Shown: positions 19,624 to 28,782 of the stretch, piece by piece
How positions within the stretch are numbered: position 1 is the first letter of the stretch
Layout: the number at the start of each line of letters is the position of its first letter
Assembly: GCA_905235605.1 (NCBI GenBank)
Contig: CAJOMF010000003.1
Span: 5,173 to 69,172 of the forward strand
Length of the DNA stretch: 64,000 nt
Direction: 5' to 3'
Source of the DNA: an uncultured bacterium
GTDB taxonomy: Bacteria > UBP6 > UBA1177
Notes under the pieces: model-generated
Seen by the model: only the letters and a program-made list of their open reading frames with translations
The model's database searches: none
What the model was told of the DNA's origin: nothing
Position numbers and translations under genes: made by a program

Positions 19624-21016
19624 GTTTCACCTTTTTGAATTTAACAATGTATTTTTTGCCCGAATTTATCATCCTGAGCATCAATGAGGAAGATATGATC
19701 ATGATAAAAATCAAGAGCATCGTAACGATACCGGCATTGTATATGAAATCGTTGAATCCCCCGGTAACAGGCCATTTCAGCGTCAAATATACCGTAAGAG
19801 CCAGAAAAAGAGGGGTCTTTGCAGTCTTCAAAAGCAGAATATAGCTCCACTGAATAACAAAACCGACCCAGAAAGGTGCAAAGATGACACCGGCAAGCCC
19901 GAAATTCGCCCACGCTTCTCCGATAAAAAGAGAGTTTATAACCCCGCCGGTTCCGTCTTCCACCGCAGACGGCATGATTATAGACATAATGATACGCGCA
20001 CTCCTGTCATTTTTGGGCATCGCAAATATTTCAGAAATAAAATTCGAAAAACTTGAAAAGCCTAAGAAATCATGTCTGGAAGGAAATATATCGAAAGAAA
20101 AGAATGTTCCGGCCGACTGGCTGAGCAGGATCCTTCCGGTGATACCGCTGTTAGGCGAAAGAAAAAGAGTGTATATTCTACTCGTATCGAAACCCATTAT
20201 AAAAATATAAGCCGCAATCAGAATACCGACAAGGGCACAGCCCACAAAAACGAAAAGTTTTTTGCTGACTTCGCCGTCGATCAGAGTTTTCAGAAGCAGA
20301 AAGCCTATTATATATACCAAAAGAGGTGACTTTGCGAGACTGTATGTGGATATCATGATCCCTGCGGCGAGCATTGTCAGGAACCACACCAGATCCGTCT
20401 TTGATTTCGTCATTTTGTAGTAGGCAAAAGCTATGTAGGACAAAATCGGCGTCAAAGCGATCGCAAAAATGTTCCTTATATAGATATTGCCCTTAAACCC
20501 CATGGAAGAGTCTATCCTGAGTTTCGCCAGAACCTTGGCACTTTCACCGCGGAGAAGACTCATTATCGGAACAGTTCCTATGGATTTGAAAGTGTACATT
20601 ACCGCAAATACGGAAATCACTGAAAGAACAACAACAAAAACTTTAAGATACGAATCTTTTTTCGACAGCAGCGGTTCGACCTTACGCTTTGCATAGGAAT
20701 CTGTCAGTTTTTTCATATCGTGGTTCTTGAAAAATATACCGGCAATCATCATTCCGCACGGTACGGCTATCATGGAATACATTATCGCAAGCCAGCCGTA
20801 GAATCTCGATGAATCGTACGCCAGTTTGTTTATGAGATAATGATTATCAATATGATTTACTATCAGAATAGATCCCAGAAATGACATAGCGAAAAAATGA
20901 AAATAAAAAATATATGAAATCATGTTGAGTTTGTTCAAAGCCATCGTTCCCGCCGCTTTTTTAAACAGGCAGAAGGAAATTGCCAGAACTGTCAAGCTGA
21001 TAAGCAAATAAAACAC
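19610..21016 (-). CDS. Oligosaccharide repeat-unit polymerase (Wzy-like) / O-antigen ligase-like membrane protein
   Basis: 468 aa with at least 10 TM helices and one large loop, located in the glycan locus. Confidence 0.5.
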   Translation of the reverse strand: MFYLLISLTVLAISFCLFKKAAGTMALNKLNMISYIFYFHFFAMSFLGSILIVNHIDNHYLINKLAYDSSRFYGWLAIMYSMIAVPCGMMIAGIFFKNHDMKKLTDSYAKRKVEPLLSKKDSYLKVFVVVLSVISVFAVMYTFKSIGTVPIMSLLRGESAKVLAKLRIDSSMGFKGNIYIRNIFAIALTPILSYIAFAYYKMTKSKTDLVWFLTMLAAGIMISTYSLAKSPLLVYIIGFLLLKTLIDGEVSKKLFVFVGCALVGILIAAYIFIMGFDTSRIYTLFLSPNSGITGRILLSQSAGTFFSFDIFPSRHDFLGFSSFSNFISEIFAMPKNDRSARIIMSIIMPSAVEDGTGGVINSLFIGEAWANFGLAGVIFAPFWVGFVIQWSYILLLKTAKTPLFLALTVYLTLKWPVTGGFNDFIYNAGIVTMLLIFIMIISSSLMLRMINSGKKYIVKFKKVKHAAK

Positions 21017-21067
21017 GACAACCTCAACAATTCAATAGACGAAAACACTGATATATTTCCGGTAAAA

Positions 21068-22690
21068 TCATTTTTCCTGAACTTTCGGACAATCATCGTC
21101 CTCTTGTTTCAGACTCTCTTTAAGGAATCGGAGGATTTCTTTTACAAAAACCATAAATAAACCGGAGAAAGCGGAAAACATCACAATTATTATCGCAAAA
21201 ACTTTTACTTTGGGAAACGAACGCAGAACATTGGGATCCGGAGCGTCGATGACCCTTGCAGGAACAATACCGACATTCGGGGAGACGGATGATTCATAAA
21301 GTTTCGCAGAAAGAGTAACATAAACCTTTTCTGCAAGCTCGACATCGCGCTTGAGGTTCGCGAAAGTGAAAAGCGTTTCTGGGATCTTCCCCTGTCCGCT
21401 CGTTATCATGTCAAGAAGATCATTGAGGAGCTTTTCCCCTTTTTCATACTGGACCACACTTGTTTTTATAACGTTTTTCAGGGCATTTTCGCTCTCTTTG
21501 ATCTCTTCGTCAGCAGCAACTTTGAGAGGGTGTTCAGCCGTTACGCGCTGAGTGAGCTCGTTATTTTTGAAAATAAGGGTGTTGTGATATTTCAACGCTT
21601 CCTGAACCGACTCTTCCTCGATAGGAACAGTTATCGGCTTCCCAGGGTTTTTATCGATATTTTTCAAAGTGTTTGCAAGGATCTGGCGTTTGAACTTGAA
21701 CTCTTCGATCTGTATCTTAAGAGTCTCCTGCTTTTTCAGAAGTTCAGGAACTTCAACTTCCGGCATGATCGTTTTTTCCTGCTGCTGGAAAGCGATCATT
21801 TTCTGACTTTTCTCATTGATCCCCAGAGAAAGTTCGTCGAGCATTTTCGTGATATATTCTTTTTTAGATCTGGCGTCGTTCTCTTCCCATTCGGTTTTTT
21901 TCTGAATGTAAAGATTCAGAACATCTTTCAATATTTTTACTGACATAAGAGGACTTTCATGAGTAAAGATAAGGATCAGCGTATCCGATTCGGCCGATTT
22001 CGATACGGCAAAATTCTTGCCCATCCTTTCCCTCGCCATAATGAGAGGCTCATATTCAAATTTATATGAGACCGCGGAAGAAAAATTTCCCAATTTTTCA
22101 AGGAAGACCGTACCGCCTTTAAAACTACAGTCAGTATCCCATTTGCATTCTGCTTTCTCAGCGCAGTGTTCTATTGAAAAACCTTCTTCGGAAGCTGTTA
22201 TCGCCCCCGTTCCGCTTTTAATTTTTTCAGGGATCTTTTTGAAAATAACAAAAGCATCTTCCGCATGCTCACCGAAGATCCTGTTCCAGAGATACGAAAA
22301 CATCGTATTGTTTTTCCTCCGCACATTCATCTGAAGTTCGTTCTCTGCAATAACGGAATCTATTATCGTTCTGCTTTTAAGAAGTTCCAGATCTATGCTT
22401 TTGTCGCTTGCCATTCCGCCGCCCATCAGCATTGAAATAGCATCAAACGAAAAAGAAGGTGAACCCTCCTGACTTCTTATCTCAACCGAAGAATTGACGT
22501 CATAAACCGGAGTCAAAAGGAAAAGAAAAACAAACGAAAGAAGAACAAATGCTATAGAAGATGAAACAAAAAACAATTTCTTGTTCCTGTGAAGGATCTG
22601 AACAACATCCTTCACCGTTATTTCGACGGTTTCCTTTTCTATCAAAACATCATTTTCTGTTTTATCAGTGTTTTCAGACATATTACCCAT
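21068..22690 (-). CDS. Polysaccharide chain-length determinant (Wzz/PCP-family)
   Basis: TM helices at both ends (…FVLLSFVFLFLLTPVY… and …VFAIIIVMFSAFSGLFMVFV…) flank a long coiled-coil periplasmic region. Confidence 0.65.
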   Translation of the reverse strand: MGNMSENTDKTENDVLIEKETVEITVKDVVQILHRNKKLFFVSSSIAFVLLSFVFLFLLTPVYDVNSSVEIRSQEGSPSFSFDAISMLMGGGMASDKSIDLELLKSRTIIDSVIAENELQMNVRRKNNTMFSYLWNRIFGEHAEDAFVIFKKIPEKIKSGTGAITASEEGFSIEHCAEKAECKWDTDCSFKGGTVFLEKLGNFSSAVSYKFEYEPLIMARERMGKNFAVSKSAESDTLILIFTHESPLMSVKILKDVLNLYIQKKTEWEENDARSKKEYITKMLDELSLGINEKSQKMIAFQQQEKTIMPEVEVPELLKKQETLKIQIEEFKFKRQILANTLKNIDKNPGKPITVPIEEESVQEALKYHNTLIFKNNELTQRVTAEHPLKVAADEEIKESENALKNVIKTSVVQYEKGEKLLNDLLDMITSGQGKIPETLFTFANLKRDVELAEKVYVTLSAKLYESSVSPNVGIVPARVIDAPDPNVLRSFPKVKVFAIIIVMFSAFSGLFMVFVKEILRFLKESLKQEDDDCPKVQEK

Positions 22691-22759
22691 AAAAACTCCA
22701 TTACTAACAAAAAAAGCTGATTATTATATAAAAAACATAAATAAAGGCAAATTAAGGGA

Positions 22760-24067
22760 TCAAAGCGTTTCGCCTGCGAGATATTTCAGGATCTCTCTGT
22801 AAAGCGCATCGTGCCAGCCTTGCAGAAATGAGGTGTTGTGCCACAGAAGGATCAATTCGCCGTTATAATCATAAACTTTTGCCGCAATTTCTTCGCAGAC
22901 ATCTTTTGCCGCTTCAAAATCCAGTCCCATATAAACTTTGCGGTCAAGCGAACATTCCATGATTTCCATTGGATGAATAACAATATCCGTAACACGCTTC
23001 GACCTGGGATTTATAAATTTATAAGGTCTGCATGTTCCGACTCTGAAACCTACTGAATCAGCATAACCGAGAGTAAAATCTTCAGTTATTCCGGCAAGTT
23101 CCATTTCATCTATGTGTTCAGGCTCTCTCCAGCGTAAAAAATGGTGCCGGCTTTTTGAAACGGCGCAAGAGCAATACCTGAACATACGCTTCATCTCCAC
23201 TTTCAGCAAAGCAGGATCAGCACCGGCTTCGTAACTTGCGTGAAGTCCGATTTCCGCTCCGCTCTCTACAAGCTGCCTGAGCATAGCCTGATATTTCGGC
23301 AGTTCTATGTCGCAGTAGCTTTTTGTATGACTGTTTCCTGCAGCAATCATAAAATAAAGCGGTACAACCAGGCTTTCACCCTTTTTATCCCTTAGAGATG
23401 AGTCATAGCTGATAATATCGGAGAAATTATTGCATGGATCGTTGACTCCGGTCTGGTAAACTCTGTAAGGATCAGGAATTTTTTTCCCGTAACGGATCAC
23501 GTTTTTTATCCACTGCTTAAAGACCTGCTCTCTGCGCCACAGGATAAAAGGAGTATCTATATCGTGAGTGAGATAGATTTTTTTAAATCCGTGCCGTTCA
23601 TCGGGAAGCCCTGTTCCTGCCTTGCGAAGCAGATCCCTCAAGTACTTTCCCCACTCGTCAACAAGCGGACGCATTCCGTATTTCTGCTGAAAAACGACAG
23701 AGTCTTTTGCAAGGAAACGGCCGTGCAGGTCACGGCATTCAGGCTTTAGCGTTTCTTCATAGCGGCTGAGCATGAAATATGCCGATGCAACAAGATCTGC
23801 ATAAAGGATAAAGCGTCCTTCCTCATCTTTTTCAATACGCGGTTCGCCGAAAAGAAACGGAATTTCCGAATCAGGAAGCATTTCAAAAGGAGTTTTCGGA
23901 AGAGTTGCCGGGGTTCCGTAAACACTTTCATTAAAGAAATCAGAAGGAACAATGACGGTTTTTGCCTGTGACGGTGCAAACTCAGGCGATCCGTAAAAAA
24001 CAAACTGCTCACAACCGGCAGCATTTTCGCCTGACAAAAAAGAAATTATGTATTGCTGTGCATTCAT
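22760..24067 (-). CDS. Putative NodB-like polysaccharide deacetylase family protein
   Basis: Divergent NodB-like motifs (THDIDTPF, …GLHASYEAG…, …CRPYKF…). 435 aa, in the glycan locus. Confidence 0.42.
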   Translation of the reverse strand: MNAQQYIISFLSGENAAGCEQFVFYGSPEFAPSQAKTVIVPSDFFNESVYGTPATLPKTPFEMLPDSEIPFLFGEPRIEKDEEGRFILYADLVASAYFMLSRYEETLKPECRDLHGRFLAKDSVVFQQKYGMRPLVDEWGKYLRDLLRKAGTGLPDERHGFKKIYLTHDIDTPFILWRREQVFKQWIKNVIRYGKKIPDPYRVYQTGVNDPCNNFSDIISYDSSLRDKKGESLVVPLYFMIAAGNSHTKSYCDIELPKYQAMLRQLVESGAEIGLHASYEAGADPALLKVEMKRMFRYCSCAVSKSRHHFLRWREPEHIDEMELAGITEDFTLGYADSVGFRVGTCRPYKFINPRSKRVTDIVIHPMEIMECSLDRKVYMGLDFEAAKDVCEEIAAKVYDYNGELILLWHNTSFLQGWHDALYREILKYLAGETL

Positions 24068-25035
24068 TCCTTTATGAATTTCCTGAAAATGTTTCTAAAA
24101 TCCTTAAGCAGCGGAATAAGCACTCTGTTGTCCCTGCTGATGTTGTAGTATTCGGTCTGATGCGTTCCGTAACCTCGATAAGCGTCCTCGACACCTTTTA
24201 TCATACTACCTTCGAAATCGAAACAGTTCACGAATTCAGAAACATATTCCACGCATTTGTAAGTCAGAAATTCTGTGCTTCCCGAAGAGTTGTATTTTTT
24301 CGGTCTCATACCGATGATGTCATACGCAGTCGACGAATCCCACACAATGAATTTTATCGCAGCGACTTCGCCGGTCTCAATGTCAGCGCAGTAAAATGTC
24401 TTTCCCGCCTTATGTTCATATATCGCATCGTACAACCTGCAGAAAAAATCTTTCGAATAAGCAACCTCATCATTACGGCCTTTTATAACTTCCGCAAAAC
24501 AGTCATAAAATTCATCAGCGGACAAATCCTGTTTGAACTCAAAGGCTTTTTCGCCTTTCCTGACTTTTTTCCTTTTTGATTTCTCGAATAGTTCAAACCA
24601 GTCCGAAGTCTGAAGATTTTCGATCCTGTATGTATACTTTGAAGTCTGTTTGAAACCGTTCCAGTAAAATTCGAGCCAGTTTCTGTATCTGCTGTCGAAA
24701 TTGATATTGAAAAGAGCAAAATCCGGCAATTCTGAAATTATCGAAGCAAAGATCCCGTTTTCATACTCGATCCGCTTATATTCATTAACATGCTCTTCAC
24801 CGTATACTATGTACGATCCGAGCTTCTGGGTAAGCATCGGCATTCCGATATTATTCCCGAATCTTCCGCGTTTCAGCACGTAAGGAAAAGCCGCCGCTAT
24901 ATCACCGTCCCGTTCAACAAGAATGACATCCCAGTTTTCCGCTCCGGCGGTCGCGTCAAGCCACCACGGAGAACTGAAAATGCAGATGTCGTTGTGCTGA
25001 TTAAAAAATTCGCTGTATTTTTCCTTGTTCGTCAT
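24064..25035 (-). CDS. FemAB-like / GNAT-fold acyltransferase (Acetyltransf_6-like)
   Basis: 323-aa cytoplasmic protein. Its size and two-lobed organisation match FemABX / BioF2-like enzymes that decorate glycans. Confidence 0.45.
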   Translation of the reverse strand: MTNKEKYSEFFNQHNDICIFSSPWWLDATAGAENWDVILVERDGDIAAAFPYVLKRGRFGNNIGMPMLTQKLGSYIVYGEEHVNEYKRIEYENGIFASIISELPDFALFNINFDSRYRNWLEFYWNGFKQTSKYTYRIENLQTSDWFELFEKSKRKKVRKGEKAFEFKQDLSADEFYDCFAEVIKGRNDEVAYSKDFFCRLYDAIYEHKAGKTFYCADIETGEVAAIKFIVWDSSTAYDIIGMRPKKYNSSGSTEFLTYKCVEYVSEFVNCFDFEGSMIKGVEDAYRGYGTHQTEYYNISRDNRVLIPLLKDFRNIFRKFIKE

Positions 25036-25613
25036 GATTTCTGCTCTACAACTATATTCGTTTTCCCTAAAATCCGTTTTATCCTGTAAACTCTGTAAAG
25101 TTCAAAGCCGGCCTTTTCTATTCCGCGGCGGCTTGCAAAATTCGTTTCTTTTGTGGCGATGAAAATCTCACGGCCTTCATAATCATTTTCAATCCGTACA
25201 AGAACCTGAGGATATATCCCCAGCCCGCGCGCAAAACCGGCTGTCTCGCACCATGCTATATAAATCTGATTTTCAAGCAGCGGTTCGGCTACGAGAGAAT
25301 GGATCTGCATTTTCCGTTCAAAGACCCATGAACGGTGAACACAGACACCGTCTTTGTAGGCATAATATCCGACAAAACCCTTTTTCAGAAAATTCCTGAA
25401 GGATCTGATGTAGTTCTCGCTTTGGAAACTTCCGGCGTCCTCTACATTCTCAGGAGTGACTTTTTCTATTTTTATCGCGGCAGCAGGAACACTGCAAACC
25501 GTTTTTCCGGAATGAATGTATAAAAGTTCCGTGTCATCAAGCCATATAAATCTTCTTAGATTTTTGAGAACACTCTTTATTCTGCCGAATGTCTTAAATA
25601 GAATTCTTTTCAT
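25032..25613 (-). CDS. GNAT family N-acetyltransferase
   Basis: 193 aa with an acetyl-CoA binding-like segment (…RGLGIYPQVLVRI…RRGIEKAGFE…). Confidence 0.55.
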   Translation of the reverse strand: MKRILFKTFGRIKSVLKNLRRFIWLDDTELLYIHSGKTVCSVPAAAIKIEKVTPENVEDAGSFQSENYIRSFRNFLKKGFVGYYAYKDGVCVHRSWVFERKMQIHSLVAEPLLENQIYIAWCETAGFARGLGIYPQVLVRIENDYEGREIFIATKETNFASRRGIEKAGFELYRVYRIKRILGKTNIVVEQKS

Positions 25614-26878
25614 TTTTTTCCTTTAGTATCACACAAGAAGAACGCGGTCACATACCCCAGAATATAAAAAATTATCAAAGCTGTCGAATTTATAAAGATC
25701 GTCATTTCAAACGAGCATTTCAGGGAAAGCGCAATAACAAATCCCACTATCATAAGAACAAGCCGCACGACCTGAAAAACGAACGAAAGAAAGTTTTTTT
25801 CTTTTATGTTGTAAACAGCTGTAACCGGCGTAGTTGCAAACCTTATTACGAGCATCGGAGCCATCAGGCGTGCAAGATTTGCTGCAGGGATCCATTTCTC
25901 GCCGAAAATAAAAGAGAAAAGCTGAGGCGCAAAAATAACGCCTATAACAGCTGGAGGCAGTATCAGCAGAAAAAGAGCCGCAGAAGTTTTGATGAAGATT
26001 TTTTTCTGATCTTCCGGAGAACCCTGAGAAATTCTCTGCATAAAAACCTGAGTTACATTTGTTCCGATAACATTCATCGGAAGCGAAGCTATTTTATATA
26101 CAAAAGCATAGAGACCGATGCTTGTCGAACTGAAATAGTTTGCAAGTACCAGGATCGGCATATTAAGCGTGAGAGAGTTGAGCAGTTGCCCGCTCATCGT
26201 GAAAGCCGGGAATTTCCAATAACGGACAAGAGGCTGCTTTATCGCCGCTAAAGACCACGGCTGTTTTTCTTTTCCGAAAAGCCTGAAAAACAAAAAAAGG
26301 AAAAGTATAAGAGCAACCATCTGGGCTGCTGTCGTCGAAGTAACGAAAACCTTATGGCTGTAAAAAAAGTAACCGCAGAGCAGATTGAGCCCTACTGTCG
26401 TCAGTGAAACGACGACCGTCCGCGAGCTTATGGCCTTGAAATGTTTCCGGCGCAGAAAATAATAACGAAACGACTCGCACATATTCGAACAGAGGACAAA
26501 CAGCACAGCGACAAAAACAAGACCGTTCGAGACAAGTGCATTAAAGGCTTCGTTGAATCTGCCGACACCGATAATAATCACAGGCAGAAAACAGCATATT
26601 GCAACGCATACTGAAAGAGAAAGCCTGAGAATATTACGCGCATCGCTCTCTTTTTCCGGCAGCAGTATTGCCACTTCATATTTTCCGGAGCAAAAAACAA
26701 CACAAAGCGATGTTACAGATGTGAAGGACGCAAGCAGAGCGAAATCCTCCGGTGTGAATAACCTTGACAGAACCGGACTTGCAAGAACAGTAAGCATCTG
26801 TGCTACAACGGTTCCGCTCATAAGAGTGACAACATTTTTCAAAAACGAATGTTTCTTCAGATTCAGATTCAGATTCAT
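25610..26878 (-). CDS. Wzx-type polysaccharide flippase (MOP superfamily)
   Basis: 422 aa with about 12 TM helices and a typical Wzx N-terminus (…VVTLMSGTVVAQMLTVLASPVLSRLFTPEDF…). Confidence 0.7.
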   Translation of the reverse strand: MNLNLNLKKHSFLKNVVTLMSGTVVAQMLTVLASPVLSRLFTPEDFALLASFTSVTSLCVVFCSGKYEVAILLPEKESDARNILRLSLSVCVAICCFLPVIIIGVGRFNEAFNALVSNGLVFVAVLFVLCSNMCESFRYYFLRRKHFKAISSRTVVVSLTTVGLNLLCGYFFYSHKVFVTSTTAAQMVALILFLFLFFRLFGKEKQPWSLAAIKQPLVRYWKFPAFTMSGQLLNSLTLNMPILVLANYFSSTSIGLYAFVYKIASLPMNVIGTNVTQVFMQRISQGSPEDQKKIFIKTSAALFLLILPPAVIGVIFAPQLFSFIFGEKWIPAANLARLMAPMLVIRFATTPVTAVYNIKEKNFLSFVFQVVRLVLMIVGFVIALSLKCSFEMTIFINSTALIIFYILGYVTAFFLCDTKGKK

Positions 26879-26890
26879 ACTGCTTAACGC

Positions 26891-28657
26891 TTAATCGCCG
26901 GGGTTTACTGTATCATTAGCGGCTATCTCGCCGTCCACTACGGAAATTTTTGCTTGAATTCTTTCCTTCAGGTAATCGACATAGCCGTCAAAATTCCCGA
27001 AATCTTTATCTAAAAGCATATTTGTATAATCGTTGTGCCCCCAAAGTGTCAAGTCGTATCCAGCCGCGACATCAAGCTGACTTCGCAATGATTCGACAAG
27101 CGGTTCTATGTCAATACGGCCGGAATAGTCATTCCAGAGTTCATTTACGCGGCTGTTGAAAGCAGGAGACTTAAACAATGCATCGTAATAAATAGTCGTT
27201 TTCAGCTGCGGGGTCAGCGGCTTTCGGAATGCTGATTTATCAAAATCCCAGACCGGACCGGCCTTGAAGATATTGTTTTTGCTGTCAAAGGTAAAATAAC
27301 TGCTCCTCGGATGACCTGAATCTCTGTTATCCATAATTTCATTCACAAACCAGAATTTTACCCAGGAATCGATGTCGATTGTCTCTGCATAGGATTCATC
27401 GGGGGCTGAACAGCCGTTCGTATCCGCTCCTTCAGTCCAGTCAGGGTAAAGCACTCTTTCCAAATCTGCGATTTTTGCCTGAAACCGTTCAAGTCTCGCC
27501 TGACCGCCGCTTGTGAGCTCATTATTTTTGTCAATCATATAATCATCATTTTGGATCATATACGGAAGATCTCTGACCGGACTTCTGAATTTGACCGTTT
27601 CGTCATAATAGACATCCATTTCAACAAGAAAATCTTTGTCTTCTTCATCTGTGATATTTGAACTTCCGTCGTTGATATCAACGCGGTTTTTATCAACTTT
27701 TACCGCTTCCCCAAGCCAGTAAAGACCTTTGTATTCGCCGTTCAGGATAAGATCGACAAATTCCCCGTGAGGAGTCCAGTCAAATTCAAAAATCCTGCTG
27801 AGATAAAAGGCGGCTTCATTGCGCATAAATGAATTGTCACGGTAATTTGCCAGCAGAACCCAGCGCTTGTGCGCAGACATTCCCATGATTTTCTGCTTTT
27901 TGTCCAATTTGAGAGCGTAAGGCTTTTTAGGGTTGTTCCAAGTTGAGTTTCCTCTGCCCCGGATATTCGTCAGAGCTTTGAAATTCCAGCTTTCATCAGC
28001 CGCTCCCACAAGTGAAATTTCACTGTTCTCTATCCATTCTTCCTTAGATACGATCTCAACAGCGCCGGGAGTGTTTATGTAGAGCGTCGGAAGTGCCGTA
28101 AAAGCAACGCTTGCGACATCGGAAACCAAAGAAACATCTTCAACAGTGGCTACACAATAGTAGTAACGGATTCCTTTCTCGGTATATACCGGCGTTTCAA
28201 AAGCCGGTTCCGTTGCTCCGGACACCGCAGTTCCTGCATCAGTCGTGCCGTCCGCACTTTCATACCACTGATAAGTTACATTCCCGCTTTTTGCTTTCAC
28301 TTCGCATACAAGAGAAATACTTTGATTATTCGGCGCGATATTCATGCTCTTCGGCTGCTTAATAAACTCAGATTCCGGGACAATATCTTCATTCTGGACT
28401 TCCGGCTGACCGCCATTGTCGTCAAAATCATCCGAATCATCTGCCGGATCCGGTGCGTCATAATCTTCGTCCGTCAATAAGCCCATGTCGTTTCTGCCAT
28501 CATCAAAGGCATCTCCTTCAGAGTCACCATCCTGCGTCTCCGTATCGTGAAACGAATCTCTATCGTCGATGTTGTCCTTTTCTGTTTTTGCCGAACTGCA
28601 TCCGCAGACAACAAAAAAAACCGCCAGACAAAACATTGTTAACAACTTGTTTTTCAT
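26891..28657 (-). CDS. CotH-family (atypical kinase fold) lipoprotein with N-terminal Ig-like domain
   Basis: Lipobox VVCGC (start taken at MKNKLL, with an AAGGAGG Shine-Dalgarno 8 nt upstream), an acidic linker, an Ig-like segment (…YYYCVATVED…) and CotH-like blocks (…NIRGRGNSTW…PKKPYALKL…RWVLLANYRDNSFMRNE…EAVKVDKNRVDI…). Confidence 0.6.
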   Translation of the reverse strand: MKNKLLTMFCLAVFFVVCGCSSAKTEKDNIDDRDSFHDTETQDGDSEGDAFDDGRNDMGLLTDEDYDAPDPADDSDDFDDNGGQPEVQNEDIVPESEFIKQPKSMNIAPNNQSISLVCEVKAKSGNVTYQWYESADGTTDAGTAVSGATEPAFETPVYTEKGIRYYYCVATVEDVSLVSDVASVAFTALPTLYINTPGAVEIVSKEEWIENSEISLVGAADESWNFKALTNIRGRGNSTWNNPKKPYALKLDKKQKIMGMSAHKRWVLLANYRDNSFMRNEAAFYLSRIFEFDWTPHGEFVDLILNGEYKGLYWLGEAVKVDKNRVDINDGSSNITDEEDKDFLVEMDVYYDETVKFRSPVRDLPYMIQNDDYMIDKNNELTSGGQARLERFQAKIADLERVLYPDWTEGADTNGCSAPDESYAETIDIDSWVKFWFVNEIMDNRDSGHPRSSYFTFDSKNNIFKAGPVWDFDKSAFRKPLTPQLKTTIYYDALFKSPAFNSRVNELWNDYSGRIDIEPLVESLRSQLDVAAGYDLTLWGHNDYTNMLLDKDFGNFDGYVDYLKERIQAKISVVDGEIAANDTVNPGD

Positions 28658-28782
28658 CTCGGCCTCCTTGTTTTGCTTTAACAAAAAAACGCAGCATGAT
28701 ACAAAAAAAACTTACAAAGGCAAATTCATCAACTTCTTGTAAAATCAAAGTTTTTCATATATAAACGCGCGGTTTTATTAAC

